Origin: Schmidtea polychroa
Taxonomy: Eukaryota
Reading direction: 5' to 3'
NCBI GenBank assembly: GCA_044892525.1
Contig: CM097885.1
Span: forward strand, 42,348,001 to 42,412,000
DNA: 64,000 nt
The notes under the pieces are model-generated. The model had not been told where the DNA came from and ran no database searches. It worked only from the letters and a program-made list of their open reading frames with translations. Below are positions 1 to 13,182 of this stretch, piece after piece (within the stretch, counting starts at the first letter, position 1; each line of letters opens with the position of its first letter). A program made the position numbers and the translations under genes.

Positions 1-465
1 TTCTCTCATCATTCCTGATTCAAATGCCTTTCCGCAATCAAGTCTTATCTCCTTTGGGCATCCAAATCTTAAAATCCACTTTTCTAAAATCGTTTTCTTT
101 ATTGTTTCTTCGTCTTGTTTTGTTATCGCTGTCAAGACTTGATACTTACTATACTGATCTATTATGCCCAATATATACTTCTTACGTCCTTTTGTTTCTG
201 TCAACGGTCCACATATATCCACGAATATAATTTCGAAGATTTCCTTCGAATCTTGTTTTTTTACTGGTTCTTTCGTTGTTATTGTTAAAGCCTTGGTTTT
301 TTGACAAATCTCACAACTTCGAACAATTTCCTGAATCTGACTCCACAGGTGTTTTCCAACATATCTATCTTTCATATAATCGGCTATCTTCTCGACTCCA
401 GCATGACACAATAGTCTATGTATTTCCTTTATTGTTTCTTGTAACTCACTTTCAGGTATCATCGT

Positions 466-962
466 TTACTTTCGTACTTCTTCTACAATTCCATGTTGGA
501 TGTTGCTTCTTCCTTCTTCTCTGATCGAGTCTAGTAATCTGGTTTTTATCTTTCCTTTCTTAGCTTCTTCGTGGGCCATTTGACATTGAACACACGTGTC
601 ACATTTAGTTCTCGACACCATGTCTGCATTTTGGTGATTAATACACTTTCTGTATTCTACTCTTATATCTAAACTGCTCAAATAATTGATCCATGTTTGG
701 AATTGTGAAGTAATCGGCTTCTTGGTTGTCATCATAAACGTGATTGCCTTGTGGTCTGTCCTGAGCGTGAATCTTCTTCCGTAGAGATAGTGCTTAAAAT
801 GAATGCAAAAATAATATACCGCCAATAGTTCCTTTCTTGTAATACAATATCCTTTCTTGTGGCTCGTCATCGAGTGTGATCCATACGCAATTACTCTTTC
901 CTTTCCATCTTTATCTCTTTGTGAAAGTACTGCTCCAATGGTATCAAAACTAGCGTCGGTAT
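466..962 (-). pseudogene. Second Gypsy RNase H segment from a related element
   Basis: DTDASFDTIGAVLSQ...IAYGS...YCITRKELLAV...LRTDHKAI...NADMVSR. Confidence 0.85.
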
Positions 963-970
963 CCCTTTAC

Positions 971-2518
971 TCAGTATCCCTTTTCATGGGCCGTCAGATT
1001 TCTTGAACCGTATGCGATAACTATTTCTGAACCGTCTTCTTTTATTTGACTCAACACTGCTCCAATAGCTTCGAAACTGGCATCAATATCCAAAATAAAT
1101 TTACGGTCTATACGAGGAAAATCAAGAATAGGTGCTTGTGTTAAGGCTTCTTTAAGTTGTTTAAAACTGTTTTCACAATTTTCTGACCATTCGATTGTTT
1201 TATCACAACTTGACGCTGCTGCATGTAGGGGTGCTGCGATTTTAGCATAATCTTTGACAAATCGTCTATAGTAATTTGTCAAACCTAGAAAAGATCGAAG
1301 TTGTTTAGCACACTGTGGTTTCGTCGCTTCTGTAATTGACTTGATCTTCTCTGAATTTGTCTGTATTCCATCTTCACTGACGGTGTGACCAAGGAATTTT
1401 AATTTGGTTTTGTAAATTTCGCATTTCTCCGGATTTATTCTTAGTCCTGTTTTTTTTATTCTTTTGAAAACCTCTCGCAATCGCTCATCATGTTCAGACT
1501 GGTCCTTGCCATATACCAGAATATCGTCTAAATAAATAATTGCTCCATTAAACAAATTACCCTCTAACATCGTGTGCATTAATCGCTGAAATGTTGCTGG
1601 AGCCGTTGATAATCCAAATGGAAGTCGATTGAAACAAAATTGACCTTCTTTGGAACTAAAATCCGTTTTTTCTTGTGCTTCCTCTGCTAATGCGACCTGA
1701 TAGTATGCTTGTCCAAGATCTAAAGAAGAAAAGAATTTAGATCCTGATAGGTTATCGAGTAATTGGGACATGTTGGGCATAGGAAAAGATTCTCTTTCTG
1801 TCATCTTATTCAACTCTCGATAATCTACGCACATTCGTATTGAGCCGTCTTTCTTTCCTACTACAACCAATGGGGAGCTCCATGGACTTTTACAGCGTCT
1901 TATAACTCCAGCTTTTGTTAACTCTTTTATCATATCGCCAATTTTCTGTTCTAGATGCATCGGTTGTCGTCTTGGAAATTGCATTGTTGGATTCCCAGAT
2001 GTATTAATTTCGTGCTCTACGATTCTTGTGAATCCTAAATCAAATCTGGCTGCCATAAATATTGATCCGAATTCATCTAATAATTTGTTAATTGTTGGCA
2101 ATTCATTTCTTCCCAATTCCTTTTTTGCTTTTTGTCTTCTCTCGTCATCAGTATAATTGCTAATCTTTGTCTCGGATTTGATATTGTTAATTTCCATCAA
2201 CTGCACTCCAAATGCTTTCAAAGTATCTATCCCACCAATAAAACCTGGAAATATATTTTTAATAACAATTATTTTGATAGTCCTCATCTTATTGTGCCAA
2301 TAAACATTTACTTCTGTACATCCCTGTGGTTTTTGAGTTCCTGGAAAAACTCCACATATTTTGATTTCACTGCTCCTTAAACGTGGACTGCCAATTTTAT
2401 TCCATGTTTCCTCATTCATCACTGTAATTGAAGCTCCAGAATCCCACAACATCTCAATCTCAACATCATTTATCATCATCTTGCTCCATTCTCTTCCATA
2501 TGATGTTGCATACCTCAT
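971..2518 (-). CDS. pol: Gypsy pol (aspartic protease, RT, N-terminal RNase H), truncated
   Basis: LWDSGAS protease; RMCVDYRELN, LPFGL, IYLDDIL RT motifs; DIDAS...GAVLSQ RNase H. Confidence 0.92.
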   Translation of the reverse strand: MRYATSYGREWSKMMINDVEIEMLWDSGASITVMNEETWNKIGSPRLRSSEIKICGVFPGTQKPQGCTEVNVYWHNKMRTIKIIVIKNIFPGFIGGIDTLKAFGVQLMEINNIKSETKISNYTDDERRQKAKKELGRNELPTINKLLDEFGSIFMAARFDLGFTRIVEHEINTSGNPTMQFPRRQPMHLEQKIGDMIKELTKAGVIRRCKSPWSSPLVVVGKKDGSIRMCVDYRELNKMTERESFPMPNMSQLLDNLSGSKFFSSLDLGQAYYQVALAEEAQEKTDFSSKEGQFCFNRLPFGLSTAPATFQRLMHTMLEGNLFNGAIIYLDDILVYGKDQSEHDERLREVFKRIKKTGLRINPEKCEIYKTKLKFLGHTVSEDGIQTNSEKIKSITEATKPQCAKQLRSFLGLTNYYRRFVKDYAKIAAPLHAAASSCDKTIEWSENCENSFKQLKEALTQAPILDFPRIDRKFILDIDASFEAIGAVLSQIKEDGSEIVIAYGSRNLTAHEKGY

Positions 2519-2550
2519 TCTCTCTGTTCTGTCATTCCGATTTTCTTTCT

Positions 2551-3753
2551 TTACAACCCCATTGACGAAATGTATGCAATAGAGTTCCTCGTGTTTTTTT
2601 CAGTTTCCACATCATGAATTGCATAATCATTAATTGATTCTCTTGTTTCTGCATCATCCGAGTAATTTCTTCCGTTTTCTTCGTCATGCACACAAGCTAT
2701 CATTTTCTTGTTCTCATAGTTCTGTTGTTCTTTCTTTCTTAATAAATAACAATCACGAAAATTATGCCCTCCCTTACCACATATCAAACATTTATCTTTT
2801 AGTGGAAATTCATATCTTCTATGCCCATATTCGCCACAGCAAAAACATTGACCTGACTGTAATTCATCGTTTCCTGGATCAGGAAGGCTTCTAGATCGAT
2901 TGTATAATCTCTTGGCAATGTGTTTAAGCGAAACCGTCGGTGTCCTTCTCTGCACATTCCGTTCGACTGTATGATTCATTTCGTTATTTCTGTTATACGA
3001 ATTATCTGGTAAATTCTCTCTTCTGTAATTTCATTGGCTTCTTAATACATTGGTGTTACTTCCATTTGTTTCTCTTGTAAACGTTTCTGAATTTCTTTAC
3101 CTTGTTGCTTCCGCGTAACTACTCTTCTTTATTACCACAATTTCTTCCGTCTTTTCTTTTGATTCCACTTTTTCGTAAATTTTGGCCAGTTGATTTCGTT
3201 CTTCTGCTGTCATCGATGGTTTCATTGTTAGAGCATCCTTTAATCTTCTGTCTCTGACGCGTCCAGTTATAATTTCATTGGCAATCTCCTCTACCCTCAT
3301 TCCTGAATTAATAACTTCACTCACTAATTTCAATACCCTGATTTCGAAGGTTGTATATCTCTCATTTTCCTCTTGTCTAATTGCAGCAAGCTCTTTAATC
3401 TTGTCTATAATAGTCAATTTAATTGTAAATGTTTCGGAAAACCATTCTTTAGCTGCTTTATCTGTTGTTTTTTCTGTTTTGAAATTTTTTCACAGTTTTG
3501 CCGCTTCATCGCAAAGGAGAAAATCGAATGCTTCTGTCCTGTTCAAATCATTCCTAGCGATCCAATCATCAATTGCCTGTATCCATTTTTCAGCTTCCTT
3601 GGTACATCTGCCGTCGTATCTTCTAATTTCCATATCCAAGAGTTCTTGCGCACGTTTCGGTAGCGCGTCTCTTGCAGAATTTTTCCCTTCTCCTCGAGTC
3701 GTCATTGTGTGAACATTTTCGGCGTGGTCGCCAGTTACAACAATTGGTTCCAT
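2551..3753 (-). pseudogene. gag: Gypsy gag, broken into several ORFs
   Basis: ORFs 3490-3753, 3097-3417 and 2551-2979 are colinear; zinc knuckles in the last. Confidence 0.8.
3723..3733 (-). promoter_or_regulatory. Primer-binding site TGGCGACCACG (likely tRNA-Arg)
   Basis: TGG-starting motif upstream of gag; complementary to the 3' end of animal tRNA-Arg(TCG) as recalled; variants at 39530-39540 and 45571-45582. Confidence 0.65.
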
Positions 3754-6700
3754 CTAAAGATTTTATTAATATTAACACAGAGTGATCACTCTTAAATAGT
3801 AATGTATATTGCGTAATAACTAACACATTGTATTGAATTACGCAATATACTCTGAGCTGCTTCACATTTGGTCCTTGGCCTCTGATGTAATATCATTACT
3901 TTATGAAACGTCCTTTGCCTAATGGTAGTCCAAAATATGCCGATTTACCCAATTTGTGATGTGTCTAGTTGGAAATTTTTGTTCATCCCAATTTTCGTAT
4001 CTATGCTTATACGTGCAGTGGGAATTCAGGATAAAAATTTGAATCCGAGGGGAATTTAGAGAGGTCCTCTTTTCATTCAACTTTCTGCATTATCGGTAAG
4101 ACTTTTACAGTGACTGAAATGATTTTTAAAAAAAGTTCATGGTTTTGTAAAATATCATTTTTCGTTTTCGGTTGAATTGAATTAGATGATTCATTTTTAT
4201 CGTAAAGAAATAGTTATTAAGCAATTTGGTTAACTCTTTCATTTGAATTTAATATAATTAACGATTTTAATTGTAACTTACTTTGTTGCTGATTATTCCT
4301 CGTTTATGGTCATACGGGCGATCTTGGAAAAAGGTCCTTTGCTCTTTCTGACATGCATGGGATCTGCTGCTGAGGATATCAGAGGTTAAATTCGCACGGG
4401 TGTCATAGGTTTTATACTAAGATTAGGGTTCCTACTGTCATAGTCGATGGTGATTGGCTCGTTTACGAGAGAGTATAAATCGTCCATTTAGTCAGCCAGA
4501 GTAAGTTCGACGAGGGTACCCCTTAGTTTGCAGGGTTGTTTCTATTAATAGAAGCGGTTCTATTGGCTGATTTTTACTATAAGGAAAAGAAAATCAATAA
4601 TGTCGGCTTTGAATTTTTCTATTAATAGTAACGTTTTTGGGGAATCGATAAATTGGTTTGAGTAAATTATATAGTTAATTAGCGGGTAAGATGGGGTGTT
4701 ATATCGATTATATAGTTAAGGGTGGTAAAAGGAGAAATAAATCGGGTTATTCGTATTATTCATAACTTCCATTTCTATAAAATAAATTTGACTATATTGA
4801 TTATTCATAATATGATGTAAATAGTATTAAATCAGGGTATTAACATTAACGTAAGTTTATAAAATTAATAAGATTACTACCTACACGTACATTGGGGGGG
4901 AGGTAATTATGAAAATTGTGAAATTATTTTTTTTCAATGAAACATAAGGGATTTTACCTGGATTACAGTTTAGGCAATTGTCAACTATATGATCCGGGGG
5001 GGGGGTCTTTTATAAAAATTTGTTCAAATTAAATTTTAAACGAAATATAAATGAATTTATAAATTAAATTGAACTTTGAGGTAACCATTAATGATTATAT
5101 GTTTCAAAGGGTCAATTATGAAAAATTTCTAAAATTTATATTATAAGGATAATATAATCAAAATAACATCATCAAGCATAGTTTTAGAGAAATATACAGT
5201 TGGACGATAAAAATTTAAAGTTTTTATATAACTTGTATTTGATATATATAAAAATAAACATAAAAATTTTGACGAAATAATTTAAGAATTATTTTATAAT
5301 TAATTAAATAGACACAAAATAAGGATTACATTTTAGCAAGTGCAAAAATCTAGATGTTAATGTGAAAAAAAAAGATCGTGTACGTTTGGGGTATTAGTCA
5401 AATAACATAGACCTTGAAGGGTGAATATAAAAATCGTATAAGGTAGTTCTGGCTTCGTTAAACTTTCGAATATAATTTTGGCTAGTTGCTATGATCCTAA
5501 ATGATGAAAAGATAATTTATTCCAGGATATTTCTAAGTGAACTAGACTTTGAGATAATAATTAGGTTTTCTAGACATTTGATTTTGCAATACTATATAAT
5601 GATAGGTGGTTCGTTATAAATTTATTTTTGGGTCGTTACACTGTTAACCTTCTAATATTAATTTTTATCACACCATATAAGGAAAAGGTCGGTTGTTTCG
5701 AAGTGGATTTTAAGTTTTCGAACCAAAATATAGTTTTCTAAAATAGAACAGTAGAAATATAATTTATTCGAAGAGTCTTTGAGCCATTAAATTCCGGCTA
5801 GCATTTTCTAAATATGAATTTTAGGAGGCCATATAAGGAAAATATAAAATAATAGACCTACAATAATATATTTCAAATTATTTTTTATGACATTATATAG
5901 GATTCGTTCAACAGCACTTTCAAGGGGATTAAATTTACCAAAATTAAAAGTATCATAAACTAGGTAATTACATAATATCTTGGGTCTGTTAAACTTGATC
6001 TAGATTCGGGTTCTTGACTATTGAATTTTTGATTAAATATAATTATAAATAATATCAATTAGAGTATATTATATTTCGTGTAATTAACCGACTACCAGAG
6101 TGTTTTTGAGGAATATTGAGCCTGGGATATTTCCCGTTTAGATTTTCCTAGTGTTGTGTTTCCCATAACATAGTTGAGTGTCTGTTTTACATATATGATT
6201 TACCGAAAGGTCGAATTAATTAAAATTTACCTATTTTGTTTTATATTTAACACGGAATTTCGGTGATGCTTTTGTTCACCTATTTTTTACCTATTTTTTT
6301 AATGTAAGTCGGAGTCCTGTCATTAATGAATAATTAAAATTTACCTATATTTACGATAGGCCCTATTGTATTATGTACCCACAGTTAATATTCCGAAAAT
6401 TACTTCGTCCGCATAGTCCCTGTGACTATGCCAACTACCAAGATGGAATTACCCGCCTTACTTCTGGTTGAACACCATTAGTTCGTGGCGACCTCTGGTA
6501 GTGAAAATTTGATTTTAGTGCATGTGGGGTGGTAGACCCATATTTTGTGCATGAAAAGGATTTTAAATTGGAAACAAGGCTGGTCAACGTCACGAGCAAA
6601 ATGCGTCTACGACGACGTTGATCACTCTTGTTTAAACTTAAATTGAGACCTAAAAAATCAATAGGTCAACATAAATTAACATAATAATATTCAGAATAAT

Positions 6701-7499
6701 GAGTTAAAATCAATATAAACTCATAATCATACATGAATTAACAATACAATAAAATTTTCCTTACTATCGATTTCCAAGATGAGATTATCTGGTGTCAAAA
6801 AAACTTTTTGGCATAAAGAGTGCTTTTGTGACTGAAATGCGTTGGTATATATACCTATTTTTGTGTGTGCAAGTACACGTATATGCATTGATGCATTAAA
6901 ACAAACTCGAATTCTTTTTATTCTAGAATTTTCTATTTTCTATTTTTGATGATTTTAATGGCAATTTTAGTGCCATAATTTTTATTTTTAAATTTTTATT
7001 CTTTAATTATTTTTTGTTATAGTTGTTTCCATGATGGATTTGGGTAATTCCAGAACATTCCACATTAAATTAAAGTTAATTTTTATTTTAATAATGTTTT
7101 CTCAATTCTTTTTTTAAATTTTTATTCTTACAACTAATTTATTTATTTTTATTAACTTTTATTGATTTACATGGGTTTTATGATGGATGTCGCCATTTTT
7201 ATGGATCTTTCTGGAATTTCATCTATAATTTAATATTTTACTATCTTTTGAGTCTGTTTTTTGTAAATTTTATGTTTCTTTGTTATATTTGAGTTAGTTT
7301 TCTTGTAATACTTCTTGCATTTGTGAGATTTTATTTAATTTCAGTGTTTTTATTTTCTGTTGTTTTTCTCGTAATTAATATGGTTTATTTGATGTTTTTA
7401 TCTTTATATTTAACTGAACTTATTGCTAGGTGTGCGTGCTATGTACCAACACACCTCAGTCACAAAATAATGTTTTGGTTCTAGAAATCAGTTCTAGGC

Positions 7500-10220
7500 C
7501 AACACTGTATTCGGTTTTATAACTCTAATCTTTTTGATTTACTTTTTTGCATTAAAAATTGTACTTCACATGGTTCGTCAATTTTATACCCTTCTCTGGT
7601 AATCTTTTTCTCAAAAACAATTTGTGGAACGGCTTTTCAAAACGAATTGTTGCCTTCAACATTAATTTAATTTCAGGAAGTATTTCAACCCAGTCTTTGC
7701 CCATTTTTTCTTTTAAGGAAATCTCGATGGCATCTCTTCACGTTCAATTTGTCCATTATCTGAATGATGATACCAACTTGAATATACAAGATTAATACCA
7801 TGTTTCTCTGCAAAAGCTTTTCACAAAGCTGACTCAAATGCCCTTACTATATGATAATGAATACTCCTTAAAGCACCCAATTTCAAAATCCACTTTTCAT
7901 TAATTATTTCTGCACCTGCCTTGCACACAAAGAAAGACATTTATTAAATTGATCTATAATTGCCAAAATATACTTCTTTCCACTTCTAGCAGTTTTCATT
8001 AAGTCACAGAAGTCAATGAAGATTGATTCAAACAAATAAACTTCTGTAAGTTTAATTAGTTTCTCTTCTGTTCGTGAAATCACAGCCTTTTTTTGACAAT
8101 TTTTGCACGACTTGATAAATAATAATAAATTCTTGTCTGTTTCTAATGTCAAATTTCCTAGAAATATATTGATGGACTTTATTTACCCCAGCATGACACA
8201 AAAATTTATGGGTGTACAAAACAAATTTTTTTCTTTCGTCTGGAATCCATATTTTATCTTTATTTGAATGAAAAATGTCATTACATTCTATAAATTTTGT
8301 TTCTTTCCTGATTAGAATATCTCTTTTGATATTTACTATTTCTTTAGAATCTTGTTGCCACAGTTCTTCATCTTCTTGACACACTAAAATCTTTGCTTTT
8401 AGTTTTCCTGTTTTTGGTTCCCCATGAATCGTTTGACGCTGTATGCACGTATCGCGTTTAGTTCTCCGAGCATCTGCATTAGAATGCGTTTCACCTTTAC
8501 GGTATTCCATTTCAATATTCAGACCACTTAATTGGTTGATTCACGTTTGAAATTAAAGTGTGATTGGCTTTTTGGTATTCAGCATAAACATTATTGTCTA
8601 ATGGTCAGTACTCAGTTTAAACCTTTTACAATAATGTTTGAGATAATGTTTGAGATGTTCGGTAAAATAGATTATGGCTAATAATTCTTTTTGAGTGATA
8701 CAACAGCCTACTTCGTGTTTGTTCATTGCGTGCGAACCATATGCAATTACTTTTTATTTATTATTTTTGTCTAACTGCGATAAAATAGCTTCAATTCTGT
8801 TGAAACTGGCATCTGTGTCCAAAATAAATGTAAAGTCGGGGAATGGAAGAATTGGAGCTTTTACTAATAATTTTTTTAATTATTCAAGGACCTCTTCGCA
8901 TTCTTTTGTCCACATAATTTTAGTCTGATTTACACCGCACAACTTTTCAAGTGGTTTTGAATATATACTATAATAAATCGACAATAATAATTTGTTAATC
9001 CAAGAAGACTTCGTAATTTTTTAACAAATATTGAGTTTCGAAATTTTCAATCGCGATAATTTTATTATAATCAGTGTGTTGAGTTTTCAATTAAATAAAT
9101 ATTAAAGTCGGTATTACTGGCTCCACGTGTTCTATAAAAGCAATTAGTCACACGATACTCAACGTATATTTGTTTACGATATTTTACAATTTACAATTTA
9201 CATAATTCGGAATATCGCAATAAAAATCTATTCTGACTATTCGATAAGTCTCGCTGTGACCACTTTAATTCTGCATGTTCTACCATAATAATAACCTCTT
9301 CTCTAATCCTTTGACTTAACTTGATTCTCTTCTTTTATCTTCTGTTAATTCTACCTTCTAGTTTTAACAGTTTTCCCTTTACCTACTGTCCGTTTGTTCG
9401 TCCCTACCTGTGGCAAAATGCCGACTGTCCCTAAGTTTAAGTTCCCTTATATAGTAAAAATAATCGCATTGATTAATGGGGTTTTAGGTAAATCATTTCT
9501 ATTTGACAATCTTTACCTCGTGGTCTTCATCATTGTCTCGTCGTTGAAGGAAGCAGTTAATTGTCTCCCTTATGATAATCTTTTTCCGTTTTCTCATTAC
9601 TCAGGCTGTCATGATATTGGTTTTGTTTGTTTACTGATAACAATACTTTGTTTACTTCTGCGATTTTGGATCACATTTGCATAACTTCTTTTGAATGGTT
9701 TCATAGCCGCAATATATCTATTTTTCATTTCTTTATTGATCTCTTCTATCTTCATAATGATCTCTTTAATCTTCTTTACATTAGAAATATTTCTTATCTT
9801 GATTTATCTTTTTTTATCTCTATCTTCATTTGCATTTTGCAACATAAAAGCAGTTAATTTCTTTTTCAATAATCCGTCTCTTTTTTTGACATTTTCTGCA
9901 AATCGATCAATGGTCCTAAAAAGTCTTGAATTGATTCATTAGCTTTTTTGTAACGGATTGCTTCATTTAAATCTCTTCCTAAATTTAAATGTTTTCGAAG
10001 GCTTTTCTGCATCTTTCTTCATAACTGTAAGTTTCTTCAGTTGACATGAATGCTGTTATGAACGTATTTTGCAACTGAATTGGAATTTGAATTAAATCAT
10101 AAAATCTTCTAATTTCTTCTAAGAAAATTTTCAGACTCTCTTCAATGGTAAAGATTTTCGGCGTTGGAATAAAAGCATTTAATGGGTTATTTGTTGTGAA
10201 TCCTGGCATGGTCGTCATGT
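7500..10220 (-). mobile_element. Heavily degraded Gypsy element (gag, RNase H, integrase remnants)
   Basis: EYRKGETHSNADA; THKFLCHAG...SCKNCQK (integrase HHCC); IFIDF...KYILAIIDQF; gag-like ORF 9985-10218. Confidence 0.8.
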
Positions 10221-11399
10221 TAGAAAACTTTGGAGTATTTATTATTACTAAAAAAACTAATTATTCCTCCGGAGGAAGTAATTATATTGGAAGTCTCCTG
10301 AGCAAGACATTCAGACATACAAATTCAACATGCAATAATATTATTTCAAATATGTATTATTTACAGTTATCCTACAATATACAAAGGAATTTCTACGATT
10401 TTAAAATTTTAAGACATGATTTGTTTTTTAACTTTTCCTCTCTTTCGACTCTTTGAGATGGTGTTCAAATCTATGAGGGGTTACGTATGGGGAATATCTT
10501 CCACTTTTAGCTGCTTATCAGCTCAACACTTTCACTGTTCGCGTTCGCAACCACTCAATATTATTTTAATCGGCCACTAGTGCCCGACGTAATCAACATT
10601 GGTACTGAGATTTAGGTGAGCTCTACAATAAGGACTTCAAATGACTCGACGAGCCTCTGGGTTCATTGGTTACTGTACAAGGTATTCGTCGTTTTATATT
10701 TTACTTAATCTCTTAGTTGTCGCCATCTACCTCGGAGTTCTATGTTAAAAACCATCGCGGAAAACGAGTCGCTATCAATTTATAATCAACTTAAGTTCAT
10801 TTTAAAGTCCCTAACTACAAATCTCTTGACTTCAAATATGAGAAACTAAATAACGATAATATTAAATAACCAATTTACAAATTTATGCAAACAAGAAAAT
10901 AGAGCACAATAAAGACAATGTTTTCTCATTTTTTCTGCTCAGAATTTTCATTTCATTTTCAATTCCCGAAATCTCTTTCGCTCAAAATTTCCTAGCCTTG
11001 ATTTGCAAGGCTTTTTGTCATTTGAACCAACTGCTGGAATTTTTGAAATTAGCGTTGTGATTGCCACAAATCACTCAGTCTAAGTATAGTTAAACACCCG
11101 TTCAACTGTTGCGTCCGTTTGGATCTCAGCACGAAGTTCGATGATCTTCTGTGCATGTTCTTAGATCATGATCTTGAGATAGCGAATGATCCCTTTGATC
11201 CTCTACCCGAGACTTTTCGATTGACTTGATCCTTTGGTTCAACCTGCACACATGTTTAGGTCGGAATCATGTTGCTTCTATTCTACGACACTTTTGGACC
11301 ATAGATTCGGCCCTTGGTGAGTTGCTTCCGATGTATATTGTTCTACGTCCTGACGGAATTTTTACATCGAATCCACTGCAAATATGTTTATTAAATTTG

Positions 11400-13182
11400 A
11401 ATTAAAAGCGCTGATCTTATTTATTCATCTTCTGGTCTTGTATTCTAATAGTTACACTTGGTCGGCCTTGTATTTTATCATAACTAATAATATCATTTTT
11501 CCATTCATCTAAGGTGGGTATTTGAATATTTTCTCTTTCTCTTTCTGCAAAATCCTTTTCTATGAATCTGTTCACTTTCCTTATTACATTATTTTCCTCT
11601 TCCGTTACCTCTGTATCTTTCACATCTTTTACTATAATACGTGATATTTTACTTTTATTATAATAATTAATTATTTGGGAGTCAGTATTACTGTTTAATA
11701 CACTGCCCTACTATCTCATCTTCTATCGGGGCGTTGATATTTCGGTATTCTCTGTATTTATCTTCTATCCTTTCATCACTTGGTTTGTCTATGAATGCTA
11801 AGTATCTCTTGTCTGCTGTCTTGTTTCCTTTCTCGTTCCTTGATAACCATTCCCTGCTTCGTATCGTTCTTGTTGTCTTCCAAAATTCTCACTGATTATT
11901 CGATATCTCATTCTCTCCAAATTTGTGTAACAATCTGCCCATTTATGACCTCCCAAGCTACACCTCGTACACCTTATTTTTTTACAATCTCTTGTCACGT
12001 GTCCCGGGGTACCACACGCATAACATTCGACTAACTTTCTCTGCATCTGTGGACACTGACTTCTTAATGTCCTTGTCTTCCACATGTAAAACATGCAACT
12101 GCCTTCTTTGTTATGAAATCTCTACTCAAATTTCCTACCTTGTGACATGTTCAAATTCGTTCTTAGTTCTGTTCGGTCTTTCTCCTCGATACTCTCTCGG
12201 CTCGCTATTATATTTTGGTGATACAATATTTCTTGCTTGATTTGTAACCGCGTCTCTGTAATTTCTTGTTATATTCTGTTCTGGTCTTCTTTCTCTCACG
12301 GCGTAGATATCTTCTGCAACTATACGAGATTCAAGTAAATTCTTGATTTTTTTCTTCACTTCCTATGTTCCTTTGGTGTCACTTAGACACAATTCTCGTT
12401 TCAAAGTCTTATCGGCTGCACAGTGTATCAGCAGATATTCTGTTAAACTTTCCTTGTTTAACTCATACCCCAATATTTTATCGACTAACTCGTCTATGAT
12501 AGTAAAATATTTATCAGGCTCTTCATTAATCTGTCTATAAGACATAGCATATTGTAAATCTTCTGCGAAACTTGTTTTTTTGACGAATGCCTTTTGCAAT
12601 CTTTCCTTATAACATTTGATATTTTGGTCAACTCCTGTATATATCTCTCTGATCTGTTTGTCAATCAGTAATTCGATCATCACTTTTTGTCTTGCAGTAG
12701 GCATTTGTATCATTTTAAAATATCTATCGCATTCTTTAATGAATGTTTCAACATCATCTCCTATATGATAATCATTTGGGAATAGCTTCTTTATGAAGAA
12801 ATCCATAGACGTAGTCGACTTATTAGAAGCTGCTAAAACATCTTCTAAATTATTTTTTAAATCAAGTTCAAAAGTTAACGTCATAATTCCAAGTATTTAT
12901 TTAATGAAATATTGTATAATTTCCAAACAAATTTTCCGCGTTGAATAAAATATTTTCAAAACCATTTATCAAAATATTTCAATATTTAAAACATTTAAAA
13001 ATTTTTCATTAATAAAACTTCTTTTTTTAAAAAGCTATTTTAATTTTTAATTCAAAAATTTCAACTTAAAAAATCCAATTTAAAAATTATTTAAAAATTA
13101 TTTTAATAGTCAATTATTTACAATTAAAAATTATTTTGATAAATCATTGAAATATTTAACTCTCAGCTGAAAACACTTCTCA
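11400..13182 (-). mobile_element. 5' part of a Gypsy element (LTR + gag), same family as 42165-45948
   Basis: gag ORF nearly identical to 45257-45646; knuckles CYACGTPGHVTRDC and CTRCSLGGHKWADC; LTR 12821-13182. Confidence 0.85.
12821..13182 (-). repeat. LTR
   Basis: Aligns by eye with 31075-31406, 42165-42406 and 45583-45948; followed by a degenerate PBS. Confidence 0.75.

Larger units (their letters stand above)
1..3900 (-). mobile_element. Ty3/Gypsy LTR retrotransposon (degenerate, chimeric, runs off left edge of window)
   Basis: Minus-strand order gag (CFCCGEYGH, CLICGKGGHNFRDC knuckles), protease, RT, RNase H, integrase remnants; PBS at 3723-3733; LTR limit approximate. Confidence 0.9.
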
